Source: a virus
Lineage: Duplodnaviria; Caudoviricetes
Virus record (IMG/VR): IMGVR_UViG_3300032782_000002
Reading direction: 5' to 3' (one strand)
Length of the DNA: 64,000 bases
Position numbers and translations under genes: made by a program. Below the pieces are notes generated by a model. It saw only the letters and a program-made list of their open reading frames with translations. It was not told the origin of the DNA and did no database searches. Shown piece after piece: positions 8,524 through 15,940 of this stretch (its first letter is position 1; every line of letters starts with the position of its first letter).

Positions 8524-8608
8524 CGGAGAGTGGAGGTCTCGCACCCCAGTGGGTTTCCCCACCGCGTCGGTTAGCAACCGGGCCTGGCCCTCGGCCAGTT
8601 CACTCTCC
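8524..8608 (-). tRNA. tRNA-Ser(GCT)
   Basis: TT GCT AA loop, long variable arm, G73. Confidence 0.85.
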
Positions 8609-8612
8609 GTAG

Positions 8613-8698
8613 CGGAAGGTAGACGAATCGAACGCCCACGGCTCATCACCGCGCCCTCGGGTTCGGACCGAGTCGCCGACCATTCGGCAGTACCTTCC
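8613..8698 (-). tRNA. tRNA-Ser(CGA), C33
   Basis: CTCGG-TC CGA AC-CCGAG; long variable arm. Confidence 0.9.
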
Positions 8699-8704
8699 AA
8701 GTCG

Positions 8705-8790
8705 CGGAAGACGGAGGACTTGCACCCCAGTGGCTCGCGCCACCGCATCGGTTTCCGACCGAGCCCACGCCTACGCGCGGTTCGTCTTCC
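8705..8790 (-). tRNA. tRNA-Ser(GGA), C33
   Basis: TC GGA AA loop; long variable arm. Confidence 0.85.
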
Positions 8791-8795
8791 AACAG

Positions 8796-8867
8796 TCAGA
8801 GCGGCGGGATTCGAACCCGCTCTACGTGCTCCCCGAGCACGTGTGCAACCGGTAACACTTCGCTCTG
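8796..8867 (-). tRNA. tRNA-Pro(GGG), C33
   Basis: CGTGC-TC GGG GA-GCACG; C1-G72, A73. Confidence 0.9.
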
Positions 8868-8895
8868 ATGGGGCGCTCTTGCGAGCGCCCACCGT

Positions 8896-9453
8896 TCACG
8901 CCGTCTGGGCGACGTCCGTGATGTACGGATGCCACTCGGGCGGTGTCTTGCTCACGTCGATCAGGAACGGTGCATGGTCGACGTTCAGGTGATGCGGCCT
9001 GTGGGGCTGGAAGTGCATCGTGAGCCCTGCCTCGGCCGGCGTGCGCGATCCCTTGCGGGTGTTGCACGGGTAGCAGGTGGTCACGATGTTCTCCCAGACC
9101 GTCTTGCCGCCACGAACGCGAGGCAGCACGTGGTCGTAGTTGAGGTCCTTGGGGTTCTTGCGCTTGCCGCAGTAGCAGCAGCGAAAGCCATCACGGGCGT
9201 AGACGTTGCGTCGGCTGAACTTCACGCCGTCCTTGTGCATCTTGACAGCCTTGCGCAGCCGAACGACGGCCGGCACGTCGAACACCAGCGGGTCACGGCC
9301 CTCGTAGCGGTTGCCCGCCGAACGGACCGTAGCCTGGTAGGTTTCGAGCACGTCGACCTTGTCGTCCACGACCAGCACGATGGCGCCCTGCCACCCCACT
9401 ATCCCGTGCGGGCGCATCCACGGGGACAGTACCAGGGTCCTCAACTCGTTCAC
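8896..9453 (-). CDS. HNH endonuclease (McrA-like)
   Basis: RDGFRCCYCG...DHVLPRVRGG...WENIVTTCYPCNTRKG. Confidence 0.93.
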   Translation of the reverse strand: MNELRTLVLSPWMRPHGIVGWQGAIVLVVDDKVDVLETYQATVRSAGNRYEGRDPLVFDVPAVVRLRKAVKMHKDGVKFSRRNVYARDGFRCCYCGKRKNPKDLNYDHVLPRVRGGKTVWENIVTTCYPCNTRKGSRTPAEAGLTMHFQPHRPHHLNVDHAPFLIDVSKTPPEWHPYITDVAQTA

Positions 9454-9505
9454 GGATCACCTTCGCCTTCGTTGCTTGTACCTGCTCATGGTTGTTCTCC
9501 TGTAG

Positions 9506-9577
9506 TGGGCGCACGTGGAATTGCACCACGACCTGCCGCTTATCAGACGGCTGTCCAGACTACTAGACTATACGCCC
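9506..9577 (-). tRNA. tRNA-Ile(GAT)
   Basis: GCCGT-CT GAT AA-GCGGC. Confidence 0.9.
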
Positions 9578-9578
9578 G

Positions 9579-9654
9579 TGGTACGGGGCAGCGGGATCGA
9601 ACCGCTCAGGACCGGCTTGTCGAGCCGGCGTCCGCACCAGCGAACATGCCCCGT
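9579..9654 (-). tRNA. tRNA-Val(GAC), C33, encoded CCA
   Basis: CCGGC-TC GAC AA-GCCGG. Confidence 0.88.
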
Positions 9655-9676
9655 GTGGATGTGGTAGAAGGAATGG

Positions 9677-10189
9677 ATGTCGATCGTCGTCACGCCGCTG
9701 AGCATCGACAATCCCGACGCGGACATCGGTGCCAGCGTCATCGCGGACGTCGCGGGCGGCGAGACGATGATCTACGAGACGCCGACCGACGACGGCGAGC
9801 TACGCCGCATCCGCGAGATCGGTGTCACTACCGACAGGCCGATCGTTGTCTTCCTGCGCCGCAAGGACGCTCAAGGCATGCAGCTGCGTCGCGTCGGGGT
9901 TGGTCAAGGCGGCACCATCCTCTGGCGCATGGCACCGGAGGAGCCGTGCATCGCGACGAGGGGGAGCCCGCTGCAGCTCTGCGTCGACTCGAAAGAGCAC
10001 ACCGACGTAACCCAGATCACCGCCCACGTGTACTGGGATGCCGTCGCCCGCCCCGCCTTGGTCGAGGAGGCCACCAGGGCGCTGCGTGAGCTGGAAGCGG
10101 GCGCCGTCGTCGAGTGCACCGCCGTGGAGTCGAACCACCATGCCGAGCCGTTCATAGGGCGGCCCCCGGAGCCCGTCCGGGCTAGGTGA
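9677..10189 (+). CDS. Hypothetical protein antisense to the tRNA array
   Basis: Coding-like composition; last ~25 codons overlap a tRNA on the other strand. Confidence 0.6.
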   Translation: MSIVVTPLSIDNPDADIGASVIADVAGGETMIYETPTDDGELRRIREIGVTTDRPIVVFLRRKDAQGMQLRRVGVGQGGTILWRMAPEEPCIATRGSPLQLCVDSKEHTDVTQITAHVYWDAVARPALVEEATRALRELEAGAVVECTAVESNHHAEPFIGRPPEPVRAR

Positions 10190-10195
10190 CGGTGC
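10115..10195 (-). tRNA. Atypical tRNA, anticodon TAT (Ile?)
   Basis: Acceptor GCACCGT/GCGGTGC, canonical T arm, loop CC TAT GA, enlarged D region. Confidence 0.6.
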
Positions 10196-10199
10196 GTAG

Positions 10200-10267
10200 T
10201 TGGACGCCAGGGAATCGGACCCTGCGCTGCTCCGTGTGAGAGAGCTGCTCTCGCCAGATAGCGTCCA
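10200..10267 (-). tRNA. tRNA-Val(CAC), shortened D arm
   Basis: GCTCT-CT CAC AC-GGAGC. Confidence 0.7.
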
Positions 10268-10273
10268 GTGAAG

Positions 10274-10343
10274 TCGCAGCGAAGGGACTCGAACCCTAGA
10301 CACAACGCGTATGAAACGTCGGCCTCACCTTGAGGGCGCTGCG
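10274..10343 (-). tRNA. tRNA-Met/Ile2(CAT)
   Basis: TT CAT AC loop; canonical T arm. Confidence 0.75.
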
Positions 10344-10344
10344 G

Positions 10345-10417
10345 TTGCGGGGGCCGTGTTGCACCGGCGTGGCCAGGGTTATGAGCCGTGGTCGGGACTA
10401 AGTCCACCCTCCCCGCG
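10345..10417 (-). tRNA. Initiator-like tRNA-fMet(CAT)
   Basis: CGCGGGG acceptor with C1:A72 mismatch; CT CAT AA loop. Confidence 0.85.
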
Positions 10418-10418
10418 G

Positions 10419-10490
10419 TGTCCTCGGAAGGAATCGAACCTTCATCGCTGGTTCCGTAGACCAGAGCCTTATCCGTTGGGCTACGAGGAC
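10419..10490 (-). tRNA. tRNA-Arg(ACG)
   Basis: CTGGT-CT ACG GA-ACCAG; canonical cloverleaf. Confidence 0.95.
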
Positions 10491-10514
10491 AGATGATGCG
10501 TGACGTTGCGCAGT

Positions 10515-10757
10515 TTACTCTGCCGTGCCTTCGCGCACGGCTTGCTTGTCGAGCTGACGGCCTTCCTTCGCGGCGAGGCGCGTCCACAGCTTGCGGTTGC
10601 GGCGCAGGATCTTATCCGTCGAGCCGAACGCCCGCCGCTGGGCCAGGAGCCATCCGTGGTGGTCGCTGCGAGGGCGTACCGTGGGTACCTTGCGGGCCCC
10701 GGCTTTCTCGACGCCAGGGTGATCGCCAGCGGTCGGGTGCTTGTTCGAGCGGGACAT
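10515..10757 (-). CDS. Small basic protein within the tRNA array
   Basis: 80-aa Arg/Lys-rich ORF filling the gap between two tRNAs. Confidence 0.55.
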   Translation of the reverse strand: MSRSNKHPTAGDHPGVEKAGARKVPTVRPRSDHHGWLLAQRRAFGSTDKILRRNRKLWTRLAAKEGRQLDKQAVREGTAE

Positions 10758-10774
10758 GGCGTCGAGCCTACCAG

Positions 10775-10843
10775 TGCCTCCGGACCGAGTCGAACGGTCA
10801 TGACCAAGATTCGTATTCTCGGCACCAGTCCCCTGGCGGAGGC
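10775..10843 (-). tRNA. Second tRNA-Arg(ACG), atypical D arm
   Basis: CGAGA-AT ACG AA-TCTTG; canonical T arm. Confidence 0.7.
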
Positions 10844-10844
10844 G

Positions 10845-10878
10845 TCTCTTCGCCGGGAGTCGAACCCGGACACGGCTT
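10845..10878 (-). pseudogene. Orphan tRNA 3' half (Arg-like)
   Basis: T arm CCGGG-TTCGACT-CCCGG plus acceptor strand CGAAGAG-A; no matching 5' half nearby. Confidence 0.7.
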
Positions 10879-10981
10879 TGCCCGACAAGTCGCGCCTGCC
10901 CGACAAGTCCCCCGGCTGCCCGGTAATTGCGCGTAGCGTTACCGTAGACCGTCCGTGCGGTAGTGGGATACGACGGGGGCC

Positions 10982-11623
10982 GTGCCCATCGATCGCGCTA
11001 GGCCGGAGCCGTCGAAGTTCAACTCCAAGCTCTCTCTGCCATACCAGCTCCGCATCGACGACTTCAAGCTGGCGATGCAGGACATCTACGACTTCTTCTA
11101 CGACGTGAACAACCTGCTCGCGTCGAAGGGTCTCGCCCGCCTGGACGACATGCTGCGTCCCGCGGGCATGTCCGGGCTTCTCTCCGACATGCTGACGGCC
11201 AGCCTCTCCAAGCACTCGCGGACGCTGACGGAGAACCTGCACCACAACGGGCACCCGGACCTCATCGTGCGAGGCAAGTATCCCAAGAACGCCATCGAGT
11301 CCGGGACGGACGGTGTGGAGATCAAGACGACCCGAAAGAAGGGCGGCGCCGTGGACACGCACGGAGCACGGGACCAGTGGATGTGCGCCTTCGTCTACGC
11401 CGTGGACAACAGCACCGAACCCGCGGTGGATCGGCGTCCGATGATGTTCACTGAGGTCTACCTGGGACATGTCACGAAGTCCGACTTCCGAAAAAACCCA
11501 CGCGGGGAGCTGGGGACGCGCACGGCGACGCTCGATAAGGACGGTATCGCTAAGCTCCGCGTGAGCTGGCTTTACCTCGACGAGAAAAAGGAAGAACGAG
11601 ACTTGAAGAAGTGGCGCCGCTGA
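10982..11623 (+). CDS. Putative Type II restriction endonuclease
   Basis: HPDL...VEIK PD-(D/E)XK motif; convergent with the DNA methyltransferase. Confidence 0.7.
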   Translation: MPIDRARPEPSKFNSKLSLPYQLRIDDFKLAMQDIYDFFYDVNNLLASKGLARLDDMLRPAGMSGLLSDMLTASLSKHSRTLTENLHHNGHPDLIVRGKYPKNAIESGTDGVEIKTTRKKGGAVDTHGARDQWMCAFVYAVDNSTEPAVDRRPMMFTEVYLGHVTKSDFRKNPRGELGTRTATLDKDGIAKLRVSWLYLDEKKEERDLKKWRR

Positions 11624-12521
11624 CCTCGATGCGGGCGAGGCGGGGGATTGCTTCCGCTGCCGTGGCGAAGTACGTCGCGTCCAGTTCGATGCCGATGCTC
11701 TGGTAGCCGATCGACTCGGCAGCGGCGATGGTCGAGCCGCCGCCCATGAATGGGTCGAGTACGATGCCCTCGCCCAACGGCAAGGATGCCCGCACGAGCT
11801 GGCGCATGAGCGCTTGTGGCTTTAGCGACGGATGAGGGGCGATGCTGCGCTCCCAGCGTCGCGTCGGGGCCGATTGGATCACGTCGGAGAACGGCTGGTC
11901 CGCTGAGATGCGCCGCAGCGCCCCAGCCTTCCACTTACGGAGGTTGTCCTGTACGCGCCCCTCGACGGGCTTGCGAAACAGTCCCCACGGTTCCCAGCCC
12001 GACCGCGGCATCACAGTCACGTCGTCGAACTCCTCGTGCGCGTTCTTCGGTCGGTCGCCACCGCGAAGTGTCTGGACGAGACGGATGATCTCGCCACGCT
12101 TCTCGAAACCCGCCTCGATGAACGGTCCCCACGTCACGTGTGAGAGCAGAGGATTCGATGCGATAAAGACGTGGCCGCCTGGGACTAGGACGCGCATGGC
12201 GCCCTCAGCTAGCCGCACGAAGAAGTGGCGCAGGGCCACCTTGTCCGTATCGGTCAGCACCGTGAAGCGCGGGAGCGGGCTGCGCTCGTGGCCGTCGAAC
12301 GACGGGGGGATGCGCCACACGCCACCGCGCCCCTTACGGAGCTTGCCCTTCTCTTCGTCCGTGTACTCCTTCACACCGTAGGGCGGATCGGTCACGATGG
12401 CGTGGATCGACTGCGGAGCCCGCTCAGCCATCCACACGAAGCAGTCCGCGTTGTGGATCGTGTAGCGGCCATCGCTGAGAGAGCGTCCCGTTCGGACGGT
12501 GACGGCAGCTCTCGCCTTCAC
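11550..12521 (-). CDS. DNA methyltransferase, N6-adenine/N4-cytosine, beta class
   Basis: VTDPPY precedes HPSLKP and LDPFMGGGST; probable GTG start at 12521. Confidence 0.92.
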   Translation of the reverse strand: MKARAAVTVRTGRSLSDGRYTIHNADCFVWMAERAPQSIHAIVTDPPYGVKEYTDEEKGKLRKGRGGVWRIPPSFDGHERSPLPRFTVLTDTDKVALRHFFVRLAEGAMRVLVPGGHVFIASNPLLSHVTWGPFIEAGFEKRGEIIRLVQTLRGGDRPKNAHEEFDDVTVMPRSGWEPWGLFRKPVEGRVQDNLRKWKAGALRRISADQPFSDVIQSAPTRRWERSIAPHPSLKPQALMRQLVRASLPLGEGIVLDPFMGGGSTIAAAESIGYQSIGIELDATYFATAAEAIPRLARIEVSGATSSSLVLPFSRRGKASSRGA

Positions 12522-12675
12522 GACGCGGCCCCGTCGTGCGCCTGGCGCACAGCGCCAGTAACCCGGATCCGCGACCCCACAACCACCGTTCTTTTCGGCG
12601 TCGTATGGCGCGGCCCACAGACCATCCACACCTGAACACACACGGCTTTTCCACCGGGGTTGCGCACAGGTTGTC

Positions 12676-12864
12676 CTACTTCTTCCCGGCTGCTTGGCGC
12701 GGGACATCCCAGTGGACCGACTTGCACTTGGGACAGAGCTTCGGCCGCACGTCCTCTGCCGCCATCCCACGCGGCACGTTCTCCGCCCGGGGCCCTCGCG
12801 CCTGCCATTCGTGCCCGCACCGCTCGCAGCGGTAGCCGGGCACCTTCATCGTGATGCTCGCCAT
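12676..12864 (-). CDS. Small zinc-ribbon protein divergent from the transposase
   Basis: CERCGHEW...CPKCKSVHW. Confidence 0.75.
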   Translation of the reverse strand: MASITMKVPGYRCERCGHEWQARGPRAENVPRGMAAEDVRPKLCPKCKSVHWDVPRQAAGKK

Positions 12865-12921
12865 ACCCAGGGACCTTACGCACGAATTACTCCACGGTCA
12901 AGGTTTCTTTGCCGGTAAGCC

Positions 12922-12950
12922 TTGACGAACTTACCTAGCCGGGTAATAAT
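12922..12950 (+). promoter_or_regulatory. Transposase promoter (leaderless mRNA)
   Basis: TTGACG-17 bp-AATAAT, 6 nt before ATG 12957. Confidence 0.6.
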
Positions 12951-12956
12951 AGGTGC

Positions 12957-14069
12957 ATGGTTGACGCGCGGCAAGAGAAGGGGCGGTCCCTGGCTAGGGA
13001 CAAGCGGATCCGCAAGGTCGAGGGCGCGACGTGGTACGTGCCCTCCGAGTCCAAGAACGAGGGCGGCTACCTCGTGAACATGCTCGGGCAGACCTGCTCG
13101 TGCCCGGACCACGAGACCCGGATGTGCAAGTGCAAGCACATGTGGGCGGTGGAGTTCGTGCAGACCGTCGAGGTCGCGGCGGACGGCTCCGCGACGATGA
13201 CCGAGACGGTCAAGGTCACGCGGAAGACCTACGCGCAGGACTGGCCGGCCTACAACGCCGCGCAGTGCGCCGAGAAGGAGACTGCCGCCGTCCTGCTCCG
13301 GGGCCTCTGCGACGGCATCCTGAGCCCGCCCCAGGCCGGCCGTGGGCGTCCCCGCACGCCGCTCTCCGATGCCGTGTTCGGGATGGTCACGAAGGTCTAC
13401 ACGACCGTCTCGGGACGGCGCGCCTCGACGGACCTTGAGGCGTGCGCCGAGGCAGGCCACATGCGCAAGGCCCCCAAGTACAACACCCTGTTCGACTACA
13501 TGGAGAAGCCCGAGCTGACGCCGCTGCTCACGCGGCTGGTCGAGGAGAGCGCCGCACCGCTGGCGTGCGTCGAGACGCAGTTCGCGGCCGACTCCACCGG
13601 CTTCTCCACCGTGACCTACCGCCGCTGGTACGACGCCAAGTACGGCCACGAGATGAAGGAGCACGGCTGGATCAAGGCGCACGCGATGGTCGGCACGACC
13701 ACGAACGTCATCACCGCGATCCGCGTGACCGACTCCGACGCGCACGACGGCCCCGAGCTTCCCGGGCTGGTCAAGGCGACCGCTCAGCGGTTCACCATGG
13801 GCGATGTCTCGGCCGACAAGGCGTACCTGTCCCACGCGAACCTTGCTGCCATCGAGGCCGCGAACGCCGTCCCCTACATCCCGTTCAAGTCGAACAGCAA
13901 GGGCGCTGGCCCGGCCGCGTGGCGTCGCATGTGGGGCCTGTTCATGTACCGGCTGGAGCCGCACCCTGCGGCTTCACCTGCACTGCTCCGGATGGAGCAT
14001 GGAGCGGATCGCGGGAATCGGACCCGCCTGGTGCTGCTTGGAAGGCAGCTGCGGCGCCTTGCCGCCTGA
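12957..14069 (+). pseudogene. SWIM zinc finger plus DDE (IS4/IS5-like) transposase, C-terminally truncated near 13951
   Basis: CSCPDH..CKCKHMWAV (SWIM), ADSTGF, ADKAY; no third catalytic Glu region; the tail is translated antisense tRNA sequence. Confidence 0.8.
13951..13981 (-). pseudogene. Orphan tRNA 5' half (Gly-like)
   Basis: GCAGGTG-AA-GCCG CAGGGTG CGGC-T-CCAGC, then transposase sequence. Confidence 0.55.
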
Positions 14070-14074
14070 TCCGC
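14000..14074 (-). tRNA. tRNA-Gly(TCC), encoded CCA
   Basis: GCTGC-CT TCC AA-GCAGC; U73. Confidence 0.9.
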
Positions 14075-14078
14075 ACGG

Positions 14079-14149
14079 AGCCACGTGTTGGATTCGAACC
14101 ACCTCGCTCGCTTACAAAGCAAGTGCATCGCCGCAATGCTTCACGTGGC
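14079..14149 (-). tRNA. tRNA-Thr(TGT)
   Basis: CTTGC-TT TGT AA-GCGAG. Confidence 0.82.
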
Positions 14150-14154
14150 GTCAG

Positions 14155-14226
14155 AGCCGACGAGGGGAGTTGCACCCCAGCCCGTCCCCGTACCAAGGGG
14201 AAGCACCACTCCGGTGCTGCATCGGC
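14155..14226 (-). tRNA. tRNA-Thr(GGT)
   Basis: TCCCC-TT GGT AC-GGGGA. Confidence 0.88.
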
Positions 14227-14230
14227 GTGC

Positions 14231-14297
14231 CAGGAGGTCAGGACGACCCTTGCGGGTGGCGACCTCCCACTTCCCGAGCCGTGAGGCTCGCGTCCTG
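14231..14297 (-). ncRNA. Pseudoknotted structured RNA abutting the tRNA-Ala 3' end
   Basis: Two crossing 7-bp helices plus two tetraloop hairpins. Confidence 0.55.
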
Positions 14298-14368
14298 TGG
14301 ACCTGCGGGGAGTCGCACCCCTGACGACCGCGCGTGCAAAGCGCGTCGGCTGCCTCCAGCACAAGCCC
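14298..14368 (-). tRNA. tRNA-Ala(TGC)
   Basis: G3:U70; CGCGC-TT TGC AC-GCGCG. Confidence 0.85.
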
Positions 14369-14374
14369 GAGCAG

Positions 14375-14445
14375 TGGACCGAGCCGGAATCGAACCGGCA
14401 TCTCTGGCTTGCGACGCCAGCATCTTCCCGTTAGACGATCAGCCC
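14375..14445 (-). tRNA. tRNA-Ala(CGC)
   Basis: G3:U70; CTGGC-GT CGC AA-GCCAG. Confidence 0.9.
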
Positions 14446-14446
14446 G

Positions 14447-14517
14447 TGGAGCGCGCGGGAATCGAACCCGCATTCCGAGACTGCCAGCCTCGTGTCCTCC
14501 CGTTGGACGAGCGCCCC
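14447..14517 (-). tRNA. tRNA-Ala(GGC)
   Basis: G3:U70; CGAGG-CT GGC AG-TCTCG. Confidence 0.92.
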
Positions 14518-14749
14518 GTTGTACTATCAGCCCGAAGACGAACCGCGACGACTCTCGGTCACGCTACGCAGCAGACCACGCCGTAGTCCTTCAGCTTCGA
14601 CCGCCTTGAACTCGCGCCGCCACCGCCTGCCGTGCATGCGCGACACCGGATGGTCCGGATCGATTCGAACAGGTGGTATGTCAGCTCCTCGTAGCGACGC
14701 AGGAGCCGCCCGTCAGATAGGTCGCGAGCGGCCATGCGAACGAGTCTAG

Positions 14750-14820
14750 CACCGGGCGAAGGAATCGAACCTTCTCGACGCGGGTTTTGGAGGCCCGCCG
14801 GCGACCATCGCCTGCCCGGC
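14750..14820 (-). tRNA. tRNA-Trp(CCA)
   Basis: CT CCA AA loop; G73. Confidence 0.85.
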
Positions 14821-14826
14821 ATGAAG

Positions 14827-14898
14827 CGCCTCGTAGGGGACTCGCACCCCTCTCACTCCATAGACAGTGGAGCTGCGACACTCGTCGCATCACGAGGC
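14827..14898 (-). tRNA. tRNA-Asp(GTC)
   Basis: CTCCA-CT GTC TA-TGGAG; G73. Confidence 0.88.
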
Positions 14899-14972
14899 AA
14901 GAGCGGCGACAAGAATGGCGGAGACGAACTTTTCCATGGTGTAGTCCCCACCGCATTCGCCGCGATCATCAG

Positions 14973-15045
14973 CCTCCTCGCCGCGAGTCGAACGCGGAGC
15001 ACGCGGTTTAGGAAACCGCAGCCGGGGATCCGCCCGGACGAGGAG
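14973..15045 (-). tRNA. tRNA-Arg(CCT)
   Basis: GCGGT-TT CCT AA-ACCGC. Confidence 0.85.
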
Positions 15046-15129
15046 AGGCGCAGCCGGCGAGCACGGTCGCATAAGTCGAACACCCCGAAGGGCACCCGGA
15101 TCGTACGCGCGGACATCGCTGCTGCGCGG

Positions 15130-15203
15130 GGTGAGTAGCCGGAGTCGAACCGAGCTTCGGCGGGTTCACAGGCCGCCCTCGTTACCGAACGAGTACACCC
15201 ACC
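15130..15203 (-). tRNA. tRNA-His(GTG)
   Basis: G-1:C73; CT GTG AA loop. Confidence 0.88.
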
Positions 15204-15216
15204 ATAACAGTTGCAG

Positions 15217-15291
15217 TCAGGGAGGCCGGAGTTGCACCGGCACCTTCCGCTTCCAGAGCGGGGATGCTGAGCTGTTGAACACTACTCCCTG
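15217..15291 (-). tRNA. tRNA-Pro(TGG), C33
   Basis: C1-G72, A73; TC TGG AA loop. Confidence 0.82.
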
Positions 15292-15292
15292 G

Positions 15293-15366
15293 TCAGTGCG
15301 GCCGGATTCGAACCGGCACTACTCGCTCCCGAAGCGAGGGTGCTACCGTTGGGACACTACGCACTG
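15293..15366 (-). tRNA. tRNA-Pro(CGG)
   Basis: CTCGC-TT CGG GA-GCGAG. Confidence 0.92.
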
Positions 15367-15483
15367 ATTGGCGGCGCTTTCGCCGCTGTCACCCCTGTTC
15401 GTTCCCTTCGCCCGCCGACCGAGGATGCGTCGCGTTGGCTAGCCCGCGTGCTTCCAGGCACTCTGAGGGGCTCGGGTTCTGCG

Positions 15484-15558
15484 TGCACGGCCGTCGAATC
15501 GAACGACGTTCTTCCGCTCTTCAGGCGGACGCTGAATGACCACACTAGCTCGCCGTGC
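15484..15558 (-). tRNA. tRNA-Phe(GAA)
   Basis: TCCGC-CT GAA GA-GCGGA. Confidence 0.9.
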
Positions 15559-15565
15559 ATTGTCG

Positions 15566-15637
15566 TACACCGTACGGGAGTTGCACCCGCCTCGCGAGCT
15601 TGAAAGGCCCGCCGCCACACTCGCTGCGTCACGGTGC
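15566..15637 (-). tRNA. tRNA-Glu(TTC)
   Basis: CGGGC-CT TTC AA-GCTCG. Confidence 0.85.
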
Positions 15638-15641
15638 GTAG

Positions 15642-15714
15642 CGCCCCCACTGGGAATCGAACCCAGCTCTCCTGATTGAGGGTCAGGTGACTTGAGCCTC
15701 TGGTCGATAGGGGC
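15642..15714 (-). tRNA. tRNA-Glu(CTC), C33
   Basis: CCTGA-CC CTC AA-TCAGG. Confidence 0.88.
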
Positions 15715-15788
15715 GTTATGTTAGAAAAGGCCGGTTGCCTTGAACATGGCCGCGACCTGCGCGGTCTTGTTCAAGCAAGCTGCCATAG

Positions 15789-15857
15789 AGCCGGATGAGG
15801 GAGTTGCACCCTACCTGCGCGGAGTACGAACCCGCGATGGTCCTCGACCGATCCGGC
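15789..15857 (-). tRNA. tRNA-Thr(CGT), short D arm
   Basis: GCGGG-TT CGT AC-TCCGC. Confidence 0.78.
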
Positions 15858-15861
15858 GTAG

Positions 15862-15934
15862 CGGTGCGTGGAGGAATCGAACCTTCCTGTCGGCAGGCTA
15901 ACAGTCTGCTGCTGGGCCATTCAGCTTACGCACC
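15862..15934 (-). tRNA. tRNA-Asn(GTT)
   Basis: CT GTT AG loop; G73. Confidence 0.85.
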
Positions 15935-15940
15935 ATGAAG

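Larger units (their letters stand above)
10879..13951. mobile_element. Transposon remnant: R-M cargo, zinc-ribbon gene and truncated SWIM-DDE transposase
   Basis: Bounded by two broken tRNA halves; left-end repeats tgcccgacaagtc at 10879 and 10897 and degenerate tgcccggtaatt at 10917. Confidence 0.7.

Noticed and set aside
10115-10195. Amber suppressor tRNA (CTA appears in the anticodon loop)
   Set aside because: Stem register centres the loop on TAT, and TAG is used as a normal stop in neighbouring genes
13952-14069. Genuine C-terminus of the transposase
   Set aside because: It is the reverse complement of a tRNA half and tRNA-Gly, so it is read-through after truncation
14231-14297. Canonical HDV-like (theta) ribozyme
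   Set aside because: No P1.1 GG/CC pairing and no J4/2 strand with a catalytic C on either strand; kept as an unclassified pseudoknot
14298-14368. tRNA-Cys(GCA)
   Set aside because: Loop register gives TGC and the G3:U70 pair marks Ala
15566-15637. Opal or selenocysteine tRNA (TCA appears in the loop)
   Set aside because: The 7-nt loop CT TTC AA gives anticodon TTC (Glu), and there is no long variable arm
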